Notes: generated from the sequence alone by a model not told the origin. A stretch of DNA of 63,147 nt from Spirochaetota bacterium (GCA_043803405.1 JAZDKB010000007.1:1-63147), one strand, 5' to 3'. Shown: positions 26,996 through 37,684, counted from the first letter of the stretch. Made by a program: numbers and translations.

Positions 26996-29929
26996 CTATG
27001 TGCCCCAATTCGTTATGTTGTTCTCCCACCAGACAACGCCGTCACTTGCTGAAGAGCCGATAATATCCGGATCGCCATCGCCATCTACATCGGTTAAATA
27101 TACGGCTGTGCTCCCGTTAAATCCGGTATCAATAGTATATCTCGTGAATGTATCGTTGCCGTTATTCTTAAACCAGGCAACATCCAGATCGTTATTGTCT
27201 CCTCCGCCTCTTACTGCTGCTATATCGACCTTGTTGTCAAAATTAATATCAGCTGCATAGATAGATTGAATATTGGATAAAGTGGAATCAACCGTATGTT
27301 TTATCCAGCTTCCGTTGCTACCTACTGCCGGATTCTCCCACCATGCGATATAATCATTGCTTAACAGAGTGCTGCTGCAGATAACATCGATATCGCCGTC
27401 GTTATCCATATCGGCTGCCTGCAGGGAAGTCAATCTGTTAAAATCATTTGCTATTCTGTTCCTGCTGCTGAAATTTCCGTTGCCTTCATTCCTCCACCAT
27501 GCTATATCGTCTGCAGCGTAATTAACGTAGCTGGCGGATGCAAGAATATCAGGCTTCTGATCATTATCCAGATCGACAAGCATAATATTATTCGCGTAAT
27601 TAAAATCGTAATCTACAACGTTTATCGCGCTGACTGAACCGTTTCCCTGATTCTCCCACCATGCGATTTTCGGGTCTCCGGATGTACTTGATGCCATAGA
27701 GGCGAATATATCTTTGTCTCCGTCGGCATCTGTATCGCATGTTGTTATTGCGGAAATATATCTTAAATTATCTATTGTATAGCCGCCTGTGAAATTATTG
27801 TTCCCGTTGTTCTTCCACCATGCCAGCCCGCCGTTTGCGATTGTGCCGGAATATACTGCTCCAAATATATCGGGAATATTATCATTATCCAGATCCGAAA
27901 CATGAATATAAGAAGCATTCGTGAAGTCAGTTGTATTAATGATCCTTTCTGTCCAGTTTGTGTTTGCCTGCGCGTAGGGATTTTCCCAGTATATCAAATT
28001 ATTGTAATTTTTCGAAGCTCCGAAGATGTCCGGGTCGCCGTCATTGTTTATATCGTATGTATATATTGAATTTATACTCGTCATATTTTCGGATAACTGA
28101 TGTTTATACCATATATCGGAACGGAAATTATATGAGGCAATCGAATCCTTTCCGGCGCAGATTATTTCAGGATTGCCGTCTTTATCAAGATCAGCAGAAA
28201 AAAGGAATGCTGCTCCGGTAAGGTCAGTGTCTATCTCATGCTTTACAGTGAAAATCCCTGTACCGTTGTTCTCCCACCAGATAAGGTCGCCTGTGCTGCT
28301 TTTTGTAGCTGCCAGGTCTATGTCGCCGTCATTGTCTGCGTTAAAAGCTTTTACTGAATGATATATATTATAAAGGCTGTCATTGCCGACAGTCTGCATG
28401 TTGCCCATTACTCCGCTGCCGTTGTTTGCCCACCAACTTAAAGCATGGCCTTTGCAGGCAGCATATATATCCATATAACCGTCATTATTAATATCTGCAA
28501 CGCCTATTGACTGAGATAAATCGTCTGCCTGATCCAGTTCCTGTTTTATAAAGCCTTCGTTTGTATCGTTCAGCCACCATGACGCGCTGCCTTCGCCCGG
28601 TGTTCTGCCTGCGGCCAGTATTTCAGGGTAGGCATCATTGTTGATATATGCTGTAGTTACATAACTCGCTCCGGCAAAATGTTCATCTATAGGATTCATT
28701 CTGGTGAAAGATCCGCTTCCGTTGTTTTTCCACCATGCTATTTCGCCCAGCCCGGTTCCGGAACTGGCAGTCGCTATAATATCAATAGATCCGTCATTGT
28801 TAATATCCGCTACTGTGACTGAAGTCGCATAATTAAAAGCCGATTCGATTGCAGGCATTCTTGTGAAGCTGCCGTAGCCGTCATTCATCCACCATACAAT
28901 CTCGGGAAGGGCGGGGTTATCGCTGCTACTGTTGTACGCAGTCGCAATAATATCCGGATATGTATCTTTATTAATATCTGCCACAAAAACAGAGCTTGCT
29001 TTGTTAAAGTCCGAATCTATAATATTATAGGTCCATGCTGACGAATGTATGTTATTACCGGGATTTACTGCGCAGATAATATCCGCTTCATCTGACTGCG
29101 AGTTAAACGCGCTATATACTATGTCATTATATCCGTCTCCATTTACGTCAGCGGAATATATACTGATATCGTGAAGATTGCCGTTGATGTTTTCTGCGAT
29201 TATTGTCTTTTCGGGAGGGAAAACCCGGATATAGTTTGTCTTAACATTTAAATTTGTTCCTCCGGGGCCGGTTGTTGTCAGAACCACTGAGTATTCCCCG
29301 GTTTTTGAATACGTGCAGTAAGGACTTTGCTCTGTTGAATCCGTAATGCCGTCACCGTTAAAATCCCATTCATACGAAGTTATTTCTCCGCCGGATTTGT
29401 TTTCAAAGTGTACCGTCAATGATATAACCGCTTTTCTAAGCCGCGCCGTAAAATCCGGGATCGGTGTGCTTCTTCCTGTTATCGTGAATTCGTATACAGG
29501 TTCATCCGGGTCGTTGCTCTCGATAGTGATTATAGCGCTCTTTGTTTCCGCGTCCGCAGGAGCAAACACGACCGTAAACGGTTCGCTCGTCCCGCCCGCG
29601 ATTACGGAAAAAGGCTGCGTGATCCCGCCCTGCGGGAACGCGTCCGCGTCCTGGCCGCTTACTGCCACAATAGGATAGCCGGTCAGCATAAGGTCTTCGG
29701 AGCCGCGGTTCTCGATCGTGAAAACGACGTCTTTGCTTGTGCCTGCGTGCACTCCCGTAATCTCAGCAGTGCTGCCGCCGGACGGTATGCTATCCGATAT
29801 GAGTTTAATGTTTATATCGGGCACGCGCGCGTCCTGCGAGGAGTCTACTCCGTCCTGAACCATGTCGCTGTCGCATGAAATTAAAGTTAAAAGGAAAGCA
29901 AAAGATACTAAATATAATTTTATTTTCAT
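26996..29929 (-). CDS. Lipoprotein with Ig-like (ASH/choice-of-anchor D), PKD and FG-GAP/VCBS beta-propeller repeats
   Basis: SD GGAGG before MKIKL, lipobox LISC; 'WDFNGDG' PKD; many 'ADxxxDGxxDI...WWxN' repeats. Confidence 0.88.
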   Translation of the reverse strand: MKIKLYLVSFAFLLTLISCDSDMVQDGVDSSQDARVPDINIKLISDSIPSGGSTAEITGVHAGTSKDVVFTIENRGSEDLMLTGYPIVAVSGQDADAFPQGGITQPFSVIAGGTSEPFTVVFAPADAETKSAIITIESNDPDEPVYEFTITGRSTPIPDFTARLRKAVISLTVHFENKSGGEITSYEWDFNGDGITDSTEQSPYCTYSKTGEYSVVLTTTGPGGTNLNVKTNYIRVFPPEKTIIAENINGNLHDISIYSADVNGDGYNDIVYSAFNSQSDEADIICAVNPGNNIHSSAWTYNIIDSDFNKASSVFVADINKDTYPDIIATAYNSSSDNPALPEIVWWMNDGYGSFTRMPAIESAFNYATSVTVADINNDGSIDIIATASSGTGLGEIAWWKNNGSGSFTRMNPIDEHFAGASYVTTAYINNDAYPEILAAGRTPGEGSASWWLNDTNEGFIKQELDQADDLSQSIGVADINNDGYMDIYAACKGHALSWWANNGSGVMGNMQTVGNDSLYNIYHSVKAFNADNDGDIDLAATKSSTGDLIWWENNGTGIFTVKHEIDTDLTGAAFLFSADLDKDGNPEIICAGKDSIASYNFRSDIWYKHQLSENMTSINSIYTYDINNDGDPDIFGASKNYNNLIYWENPYAQANTNWTERIINTTDFTNASYIHVSDLDNDNIPDIFGAVYSGTIANGGLAWWKNNGNNNFTGGYTIDNLRYISAITTCDTDADGDKDIFASMASSTSGDPKIAWWENQGNGSVSAINVVDYDFNYANNIMLVDLDNDQKPDILASASYVNYAADDIAWWRNEGNGNFSSRNRIANDFNRLTSLQAADMDNDGDIDVICSSTLLSNDYIAWWENPAVGSNGSWIKHTVDSTLSNIQSIYAADINFDNKVDIAAVRGGGDNNDLDVAWFKNNGNDTFTRYTIDTGFNGSTAVYLTDVDGDGDPDIIGSSASDGVVWWENNITNWGT

Positions 29930-30287
29930 CTCAGGCCTCCGGCAAATTGTCTTTAATAAAAATAAGCAGCCTATTAACAATAGCCGCAAAGAGTATTATT
30001 ATTGTAGAAAATAGGTTCCTGCAATATATGCGTAAATAAAGGCAATTTTGACACAAATAAAATAATATTTTGATATAATATTTTTTTAATAAATAAATGC
30101 AATATGGCTCCACTGTAATTCAAATATACAGTAGGTCAAGAAAACTTTGTAAATTTATTAGGGAACTATTGTTTACAAATTAAATAACAATATTTAATAC
30201 TTTTTCAGGAAACCCTAGTTATTTCTTTTTTTCATATATTTACCTTCACTAATTGATGTTTTTTGCCGGATCTCTTAACACTATCAT

Positions 30288-30312
30288 GGCAGGCCGCCTT
30301 TGGAGGCCTGCC
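30288..30312 (-). terminator. GC-rich hairpin downstream of the 30329-31588 gene
   Basis: GGCAGGCC-gcctttgga-GGCCTGCC. Confidence 0.5.
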
Positions 30313-30328
30313 CAAGGGTTGCTTTTAG

Positions 30329-31588
30329 CTATCTCTTCATGACTAAGCCGTGACCAAGATAGCCGTCGGTGCTGTTTAACATTGTCCCATCCAGTAAGAG
30401 GCAATTGCCGTCAAGTACGATCTGGCCGTGTGTCGGGTTGACTGATGGATTTAGGATAAAATAACCACTGGAATCCACGGAATAAGGTATTGTTTCAGTT
30501 TTATTTTCCGTTATAACTGCGGATCCATCGGAGTAAGAGTGTCGATCCGGTCCGCTTGCCATAACCGAACCGGCCCCGTTAAAACTCATTGTCCCGGCAC
30601 CTTCTTTATAGGTCACGATTCCAGCTGACTCACTGTATATTTCTGTAAACATAAGCAGATAATCTCCGTTCAGGCTGGCATTGTTATATGTCGGTACTGT
30701 TCCAGAATTGACCCGTTTCATAGCAACTGCATGATTAAGATATAAAGTGCCGTCCCCACCAAGCTGTGTACCATCCAAAAGCAGGCTGCTACCGTCCAGT
30801 ACAATCTGTCCGTGGAGTGGTTTGCCGCCGGGTATTAAAAAACTCCCATCGGCATTCACGGTATAAGTAAACGGATCATTAGTAATTGTGGTTGTTAATC
30901 CGGTCTCAGAACTGCGCTTCGTACCGTTTGTATTTCCTGAGCCGGCTCCGCCAAAACTCATGGTACCTGAAATTTCATTATATACTACATGGTCTACGGA
31001 ATACAGTACCTCGATCATTGTGAACAGGTAATCTCCACTCAGGCTGGCGTTTGTATATGTTGGCGGCGTTCCGGAACTTACCCGTTTCATTGCAATACCG
31101 TGATTTAGATAATAATCTACAGAGTTTCCCTGCGAAGATCCGTCAAAAAGCAGGCTTTTGCCATTCATAGCGATCTGACCGTGAACGGGTTTGCCTCCAG
31201 AGGGATTTAGAATAAAGCTTCCGTCTGCATTCACGGAATAGGGAATCGTTTCAGTCTTTGTAGATGTAGTTGGAGTTGAACCATCCGAATAGGCGTCGCG
31301 GTCCGAGCCGCTTACTGTAACCGACCCTGCTCCGTTAAAACTAAATGTTCCGGCAGTTTCAGTGTATGTAATGGTTCCGGAAGGATTTTCTACCTCGGTC
31401 ATCATCACTAAATAATTTCCGTTCAAGCTTGCGTTGGTGTAGGCTGGCGATGCAGGTGGATTGTCATCTCCCCAGCATCCGACGAGCACGGAAATCATCG
31501 CAGTGACCGTAATATAAACTAAACTAAAAACAATTCCATTCCGCGCTCTACTTTTCGCTGTAATGTCTCTTCTAAACAATCTTTTCAT
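30329..31588 (-). CDS. Lipoprotein made of three ~125-aa beta-rich tandem domains
   Basis: Lipobox LVGC; 3x 'Y(T/N)NASL(N/S)G(N/D)YL...HGQI...H(G/A)..MKR'; SD AGGAGG. Confidence 0.8.
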   Translation of the reverse strand: MKRLFRRDITAKSRARNGIVFSLVYITVTAMISVLVGCWGDDNPPASPAYTNASLNGNYLVMMTEVENPSGTITYTETAGTFSFNGAGSVTVSGSDRDAYSDGSTPTTSTKTETIPYSVNADGSFILNPSGGKPVHGQIAMNGKSLLFDGSSQGNSVDYYLNHGIAMKRVSSGTPPTYTNASLSGDYLFTMIEVLYSVDHVVYNEISGTMSFGGAGSGNTNGTKRSSETGLTTTITNDPFTYTVNADGSFLIPGGKPLHGQIVLDGSSLLLDGTQLGGDGTLYLNHAVAMKRVNSGTVPTYNNASLNGDYLLMFTEIYSESAGIVTYKEGAGTMSFNGAGSVMASGPDRHSYSDGSAVITENKTETIPYSVDSSGYFILNPSVNPTHGQIVLDGNCLLLDGTMLNSTDGYLGHGLVMKR

Positions 31589-31696
31589 AAAAAAACCTCC
31601 TGATTTAGAAATTTTGCCTTTATAACGGCATTATTTGCTGCAAAATTATTTGAAAATTTTTTATGATCTTTTTCTAATATTGTTTCACATAATAAT

Positions 31697-31723
31697 AATT
31701 CTAATTTTGCCCGAATCATCACA
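31697..31723 (-). promoter_or_regulatory. Variant ECF-like promoter TGTGAT-N16-GAATT
   Basis: Minus strand TGTGATGATTCGGG..., upstream of the gene starting at 31588. Confidence 0.4.
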
Positions 31724-31752
31724 AATTTATTATTCATCTAATTCATTGCACT

Positions 31753-32865
31753 TTATGGTACAGCACATATTGCTAATGATTCCGGCATATCACCTGTATC
31801 AAAAGGACTGCCGGAAATCTCTGCTAAGATTCCGTTTGTAGAATTGTAAGTATAAGCATGGATTGTGTCATCGTTACTGCATGCGACGTATGAAAATTTC
31901 CCGGCAGGATCAAATTTAATTGATTCCGGAACCGAACCCGTACCGGGAGGGCTGGCTGATATTTCTGCTAATGTACCATCCATGTTTATTGTATAGGCTG
32001 CAATGCTATACGGTGAATTATGCGCGATATATAAATATTTTCCAGCTGGATCAGTTGTGATTGAACGGGGGCCACTAAGCGAAACAGGGAAACCCGGGAT
32101 TGCTTTTAGTGTCCCTGATGCGGCGTTGATCGTAAAACCTGAAAAATTATTTGAGTGATAATTGGCAGAGTAAAGAAATTTATTTGCAGGATCAATTGCC
32201 AATGCATAGGGAGGATAACCGATATCAAATGGGCTGCCTATAACCTGGAACAGAACCCCTGTCGCAGCATCAATAAAAAAGGCATATATCCTATTATTGT
32301 CAATATCGGCTCCATATAAAAACTGACCTTCTGAGTCAATTGCCATTGAAATTATTCTGGCGGTAATGTTAAACGGACTTCCGGTTATTTCGTTTAAGGC
32401 CCCGGTAGTTGAATCTATTATATAAGCGGAAATAGTATCTGAACCACCATTGGAAACATATAGAAAGCTTCCAGCTGGATAAATTATGGCCGAACACGGT
32501 GACGCGCCGGCAGCAAACGGACTGCCGTTGATTTTAGTTAAAGAGCCTGTTTCAGCGTTAACACTAAAGGCCGAAACATTACTTGTACTGTTATTTGCAA
32601 CATAAATGAATCTTCCAGACGGATCTGCTGCTATGGAGGAAGCCATAAAACCAGGGGCATTTGAAAACGGACTCCCGGAAATCTCTGTAAGCATACCAGT
32701 TTCCGAATTGATTGAATAAGCGGAGATATTGTTTGCTAACATGTTTGCAGTATAAAGAAAATATTTTTCGCCGGATCCGCTGCTTCTGCTGTCGCTGCCG
32801 CAGCCTGTTAAAGCAGCGGCAAGAAACAAAGTGAATATAACGCATAAATAAATATATCTTTTCAT
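31753..32865 (-). CDS. Lactonase-family (Pgl/YbhE-like) beta-propeller lipoprotein
   Basis: Lipobox LTGC; repeats 'DPxGKFLYxAN...ISAY.I...G.L..I.GSPF'; SD AGGAGG. Confidence 0.85.
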   Translation of the reverse strand: MKRYIYLCVIFTLFLAAALTGCGSDSRSSGSGEKYFLYTANMLANNISAYSINSETGMLTEISGSPFSNAPGFMASSIAADPSGRFIYVANNSTSNVSAFSVNAETGSLTKINGSPFAAGASPCSAIIYPAGSFLYVSNGGSDTISAYIIDSTTGALNEITGSPFNITARIISMAIDSEGQFLYGADIDNNRIYAFFIDAATGVLFQVIGSPFDIGYPPYALAIDPANKFLYSANYHSNNFSGFTINAASGTLKAIPGFPVSLSGPRSITTDPAGKYLYIAHNSPYSIAAYTINMDGTLAEISASPPGTGSVPESIKFDPAGKFSYVACSNDDTIHAYTYNSTNGILAEISGSPFDTGDMPESLAICAVP

Positions 32866-32956
32866 TGTAACCTCCTGAAATTTTCTATTATATTAAAACA
32901 TATTAAAAATTTTTGTTATTCATTGATTATTATCTCAGCTAATCCCTTCAAATTGT

Positions 32957-32983
32957 AGTTCCAGTTTTAGCTGAATCGTCACA
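32957..32983 (-). promoter_or_regulatory. Variant ECF-like promoter TGTGAC-N16-GAACT
   Basis: Minus strand TGTGACGATTCAG..., upstream of the gene starting at 32865. Confidence 0.5.
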
Positions 32984-33331
32984 ATTTTTTTCAAATTTTC
33001 TTACTAAAGGGGTTTTTATGTTTTGCTTATAAATCCCAGGAAATCAGTGCATATTTTATTCTTCTCTATATTGATGCTGCTCTTTTACTGGAATTTCATT
33101 TCAATTATCCGCTTAAGTCTGGTGCTTTTTTAATCCTGTTTTTCTGAAAAAATTTAAATCCGATACCTTGGATATGTTTTTATATATGAGTTATATGTAT
33201 AAATATACGAATTATAAAAAATGAATTTAATATACATATAACAAATAAACCAGCTTTTTATCAGTATAGCCGCTCATTTAAACTTATTAATTCAAACTTT
33301 TATCGGTTTTGTGAATAATGTTATAATTGTT

Positions 33332-33358
33332 TGTGACGTTTTTACGGTTTTTATCGCT
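33332..33358 (+). promoter_or_regulatory. ECF-like promoter TGTGAC-N16-TCGCT
   Basis: Exact motif with fixed 16-bp spacer, also at 34063, 37823, 41102 and (TGTGCC) 52593. Confidence 0.7.
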
Positions 33359-33405
33359 ATAAAAATAGAGGGAAGAATTAAATATCATTTAAGGAAACAT
33401 GGGTC

Positions 33406-34014
33406 ATGAAAAACACAATCAAAAGAAGCATATTTGCACTTATTGCACTGTTATCCGTGTGCATGGTCTCCTGTCGGGATTCCGGCAACAGAGGCGACAC
33501 CGGCGCTGATACGAATAATCCTGTTCCTATTACTCTTAGTAATGATTATACCGGAACTCTCACTCTGGAATATTCTCGCGATTTCCCCGGATTCAGCACT
33601 GCTGTCGAAATCGATGTTGATGTATACAAGTCAGGAGATGTGTTGCTGAGCCAGCCTGACCAGGCTACATATGACGCAACGGAGGAAGAGCCTGGACAGG
33701 TAAAAATACGCGAGTATGGAAGCGTTACAGTCACTTCATTGAGCGGGCTTGCTGTTGAGACTGGCGGTGAAAAATATATTCAGATAAGCGCCAATACCCT
33801 AATAACAGGCGTGCAGACTGTCTGGGGATGGACCGGCAGCGACTGGTATCAGGTAATGAATACTCCGTTTGATATTGAGAACCCTATTGAAAGTCCAATG
33901 AATTTCAATCTGGATGACGCAGTGTGGAGCGGAGCATCCATAGGAAAATCTATTCCTGCGTACGGCGGGACCCAGACTTTCAAATGGACACTCCTGCTGT
34001 CTGTAGTACCTTGA
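33406..34014 (+). CDS. Hypothetical lipoprotein
   Basis: Signal peptide with MVSC; beta-rich mature domain. Confidence 0.75.
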   Translation: MKNTIKRSIFALIALLSVCMVSCRDSGNRGDTGADTNNPVPITLSNDYTGTLTLEYSRDFPGFSTAVEIDVDVYKSGDVLLSQPDQATYDATEEEPGQVKIREYGSVTVTSLSGLAVETGGEKYIQISANTLITGVQTVWGWTGSDWYQVMNTPFDIENPIESPMNFNLDDAVWSGASIGKSIPAYGGTQTFKWTLLLSVVP

Positions 34015-34062
34015 AAAAAATGCGATTTTATATCAGTGATTATCACACTATATAAATTTTTT

Positions 34063-34089
34063 TGTGACGATCTGGTCAAGTTTATCGCT
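34063..34089 (+). promoter_or_regulatory. ECF-like promoter TGTGAC-N16-TCGCT
   Basis: TGTGAC 34063-34068, TCGCT 34085-34089. Confidence 0.7.
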
Positions 34090-34150
34090 TAATATACAGA
34101 TTATAAATTTTTTAACGCATCTTAAGACTAATATAATATGCGAGGTTATT

Positions 34151-36322
34151 ATGAGAAAAATAATTATACTCTTTATTCTTTTTACACTTGCCTTATTCAC
34201 CGCCTGCGGGAGCAGCGACAGCAGCAGCGGGACTACGCTGACACCTGCAGGCAACAGCACTACTGCTTCACGCGTGTATGGTCAGAGCGGGAATTTTCTA
34301 ACCAACAATACCGGTGCTGACGGCCTGAATATGCCCTGTACGATAACGGTTACTGCCGGCGGTGTGTATATAGCAGATACCTATAATCATCGCGTGCTTT
34401 ATTATGAGGGAGAGAACACAACAGCGAGTCGCGTCTACGGACAGGGAGGGAGTTTTACTACTAATATTGAAAATAAAGGCGGAGTGAGCGCAGATTCTCT
34501 GAACCAGCCTTCTGCAGTAGCGGTTGACACCGGCGGTGTGTATATAGCTGATAGTGAAAACAATCGGGTGTTGTATTATGCCGGCACAAGCACGACAGCA
34601 ACGCGTGTGTATGGCCAGGGTGGGAGTTTTAGCACCAATAGTGTAAATAACGGAGGTATCAGCGCAGACAGCCTGAATTATCCATACGGTGTTGCGGTTG
34701 ACGCAGGTGGTGTATATATTGCTGACAGATATAACCATCGCGTTATGTATTATACAGGCACAAGCACTACAGCAACGCGCGTATATGGACAGGGAGGCAG
34801 TTTCAGCGCCAATAGTGTAAATAACGGAGGTGTCAGCGCGGATTCTCTGAGCGGTCCTTCGGCAGTTACGGTTGACGCGAGCGGTGTCTATGTTGCCGAT
34901 TATAACAATCATCGCGTTATGTATTATGCCGGTACAGGCACTACAGCGACGCGCGTATATGGCCAGGGCGGGAGTTTTACAGCCAATACTCAGAATAACG
35001 GCGGAGTCAGCGCAGACAGCTTGTACAGGCCTTCTTCAGTTGCCGTGGACGCGGGCGGTGTATATGCAGCTGATTTTTACAACAATCGCGTGTTGTACTA
35101 TGCCGGTACAGGCACGACAGCAACGCGTGTGTACGGCCAGGGAGGGAGTTTTACAGCCAATTATCAGAATAACGGCGGGCTCAGCGAAAACAGTTTGTAC
35201 AGACCTTCCGGAGTTGCAGTTAGCACTGGCGGAGTTTATATAGTCGATCACTTTAACTATCGCGCGCTGTATTATGCCGGTACAAGCACAACAGCAACGC
35301 GCGTATACGGCCAGGAAGGCAGTTACAACACAAGAATTGAAAATTACGTCGAGATCAATGCAGACAGCCTGTATCAACCTACAGGAGCAGCGATTAACGA
35401 TAGCGGAATATATATAGCTGACAGATATAACCATCGCGTTATTTATTATGCAGGCACAAGCACAACGGCAAGTCGCGTGTACGGCCAGGGAGGGAGTTTT
35501 AATACAGGAAGTCCTAATAAAGGCGGAGTCAGTGCAGACAGCCTGAATTATTCTTCCGCAGTAGCCGCTGACGCGGACGGAGTATATATTGCCGACAGGG
35601 AGAACCATCGCGTATTGTATTATGCCGGCACAAGCACAACAGCAACGCGCGTATACGGCCAGGGAGGAAGCTTTAACACCAGGCTTCCAAATAAAGGCGG
35701 GATCAGTGCTGACAGCCTGAATATGCCTTATGCAGTAGCGATTGGTCCGGACGGTATATACATAGCTGATGCCTACAATCATCGCGTGCTGTATTATGAG
35801 GGAGAAAGCACAACAGCGACGCGCGTGTATGGCCAGGGAGGCAGTTTTGTTGCTAATATTGAAAATAACGGCGGGGTCAGCGCACACAGTCTGAACTATC
35901 CATACGGGGTTGCGGTTCAATCAGGCAATGTGTATATAGCTGATAGCAGTAACTATCGCGTGCTGTATTATGAGGGAGAAAGCACAACAGCGACCCGCGT
36001 CTATGGACAGGGGGGCAGTTTTAGCACCAATACTCTGAATAAAGGCGGACTCAGCGCAGACTGCTTATATTATACATATGGTGTGGCGGTTGATACCGGC
36101 GGTGTATATATAGCCGATACCTACAATCATCGCGTGCTTTATTATGAAGGAGAAAGCACGACAGCAACACGCGTGTATGGTCAGGGGGGGAGCTTTATTA
36201 CTGATACCATTAATAACGGCGGAATCAGCGCCGACAGTCTGTATTTCCCTTATAAAGTATCTGTGTATGCGGGCAGACTGTATATTGCTGATACATCTAA
36301 CAATCGGGTGCTGTATTATTGA
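34151..36322 (+). CDS. NHL-repeat lipoprotein (12 repeats of ~59 aa, probably two 6-bladed propellers)
   Basis: SD GAGG before MRKII, lipobox FTAC; 12x 'RVYGQ...SL..P..VAVD.GGVYIAD..NHRVLYY'. Confidence 0.9.
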   Translation: MRKIIILFILFTLALFTACGSSDSSSGTTLTPAGNSTTASRVYGQSGNFLTNNTGADGLNMPCTITVTAGGVYIADTYNHRVLYYEGENTTASRVYGQGGSFTTNIENKGGVSADSLNQPSAVAVDTGGVYIADSENNRVLYYAGTSTTATRVYGQGGSFSTNSVNNGGISADSLNYPYGVAVDAGGVYIADRYNHRVMYYTGTSTTATRVYGQGGSFSANSVNNGGVSADSLSGPSAVTVDASGVYVADYNNHRVMYYAGTGTTATRVYGQGGSFTANTQNNGGVSADSLYRPSSVAVDAGGVYAADFYNNRVLYYAGTGTTATRVYGQGGSFTANYQNNGGLSENSLYRPSGVAVSTGGVYIVDHFNYRALYYAGTSTTATRVYGQEGSYNTRIENYVEINADSLYQPTGAAINDSGIYIADRYNHRVIYYAGTSTTASRVYGQGGSFNTGSPNKGGVSADSLNYSSAVAADADGVYIADRENHRVLYYAGTSTTATRVYGQGGSFNTRLPNKGGISADSLNMPYAVAIGPDGIYIADAYNHRVLYYEGESTTATRVYGQGGSFVANIENNGGVSAHSLNYPYGVAVQSGNVYIADSSNYRVLYYEGESTTATRVYGQGGSFSTNTLNKGGLSADCLYYTYGVAVDTGGVYIADTYNHRVLYYEGESTTATRVYGQGGSFITDTINNGGISADSLYFPYKVSVYAGRLYIADTSNNRVLYY

Positions 36323-36329
36323 AAAGGCA

Positions 36330-36503
36330 CTAGTGCTTTGACCGCATTATTTTGAATTAAAAAGTATTTTAAATTTTGCCACAGAGACACAGAGAGACGG
36401 AGTTTTTTCTTAGTTTTTATTATAAAAATAATAAATTTGTCTTCTCTGTGACTCCGTGCCTCTGTGGCAAAATCAATTTGAATTTATCCGGTCGAGACAC
36501 GAG
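36330..36503. mobile_element. MITE-like repeat, copy 1
   Basis: Near-identical to 52840-53113; imperfect terminal IRs (CTAGTGCTTTGACC / GGTCGAGACACGAG) and an internal GCCACAGAG...CTCTGTGGC inverted repeat. Confidence 0.7.
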
Positions 36504-36595
36504 TAACTCTTAACAGGATGGCAACGCATTTTTTATGCCGGATAAAAGATCGCTTAAATTATGAATGAAAAAAAATATTTTCAGGAGCAAAGAAT

Positions 36596-37684
36596 ATGAA
36601 AACTAAATCATTATTGAATGTTATGTTTGGTTTTTTTGTGATAATTATTTTTAGTCTTACAGGCTGCGACTGGTTTTCGTCTGACAGCGATAATGGCGAC
36701 AGTGGAGGAGACAACACAGTAACTGACATTTTTGACGCAGCCAAAAATCCGGGTGATGTTGTAAACGTTACAGCAGGCAGCAAAAATTTTAACATGATTT
36801 ATGCCAATAACAAAAGCACTACAATCCCTACAGGTGTAGATGACGATGGAAGTGCGACATTAAACATTAATTATTTTATTGGCGAGACAGAAGTTACAAA
36901 TGCCCTAGCAGTTGAAGTGCTGCAGTGGGCTCACGATAACGGCAAATTCAGCGATACTGAAAGCGACCATAACGGTCTTTCATCTTCTACAGCCAAGTAC
37001 GGCAGCCGGCAGCTTATCGATCTTGATAATGCCTATAGTAGGGTCAATTACTCGGCAGGCAGTTTTACTGTTGATTCCGGATACGAGAATCACCCTGTTG
37101 TATGCGTCACGTGGTTTGGTGCAGTCATGATGTGCAACTGGCTGGCAGAGATGCAGGATGGTACAACGAACAATCTTGTATATTCAGGCATAGATACATC
37201 ATGGGAGTATAATGAAACCGTTGAAGATCCTTTAAAAAGCGGATATCGTTTGCCGTCCCTTGATGAATGGGAACTCGCGGCGCGTTATATTGACGGTACT
37301 GAATGGCTTTACGGCGATCACGCGAGCGGAGATGAATCCGGAGCTTGCTGGTGGGACGGATATGAGGGATCAATACTAGGAGGGCAATCGCTTTCAACGG
37401 TTTTCGGGGATTACGCCTGGTACAGGGACAATTCGGGGGAACTGACTCATGAAGTTAAACAAAAGCTTGGAAACGCCCTGGGTATTTACGACATGAGCGG
37501 AAACATCGGGGAATGGTGCTGGGCAAGGGCAGGTTCATTGTATGAGGGACAGTGCTGCTTTCGGAGCGGTAGCTGCTACGGATTACCTATGAGTCTTACT
37601 GTGGGTATCAGTTATAGTCCCGGTACAGATCCGACTTATCCATCACGTGCTGTGGGTTTACGGATAGCGAAGTCAAAGCCATGA
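36596..37684 (+). CDS. FGE-sulfatase (SUMF1/CLec-like) domain lipoprotein
   Basis: Lipobox LTGC; 'GETEVTN', 'HPVVCVTW', 'YRLPSLDEWELAAR', 'NALGIYDMSGNIGEWC', 'GLRI'. Confidence 0.9.
   Translation: MKTKSLLNVMFGFFVIIIFSLTGCDWFSSDSDNGDSGGDNTVTDIFDAAKNPGDVVNVTAGSKNFNMIYANNKSTTIPTGVDDDGSATLNINYFIGETEVTNALAVEVLQWAHDNGKFSDTESDHNGLSSSTAKYGSRQLIDLDNAYSRVNYSAGSFTVDSGYENHPVVCVTWFGAVMMCNWLAEMQDGTTNNLVYSGIDTSWEYNETVEDPLKSGYRLPSLDEWELAARYIDGTEWLYGDHASGDESGACWWDGYEGSILGGQSLSTVFGDYAWYRDNSGELTHEVKQKLGNALGIYDMSGNIGEWCWARAGSLYEGQCCFRSGSCYGLPMSLTVGISYSPGTDPTYPSRAVGLRIAKSKP

Noticed and set aside
34298..35920. Long antisense ORFs (204 and 294 aa) and the 62310-62885 antisense ORF
   Set aside because: Shadows of repetitive or low-complexity sense genes
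36596..37684. Diversity-generating retroelement target (FGE/CLec lipoprotein like Treponema TvpA)
   Set aside because: No reverse transcriptase and no template repeat differing at adenines was seen in the window; a remote DGR cannot be excluded
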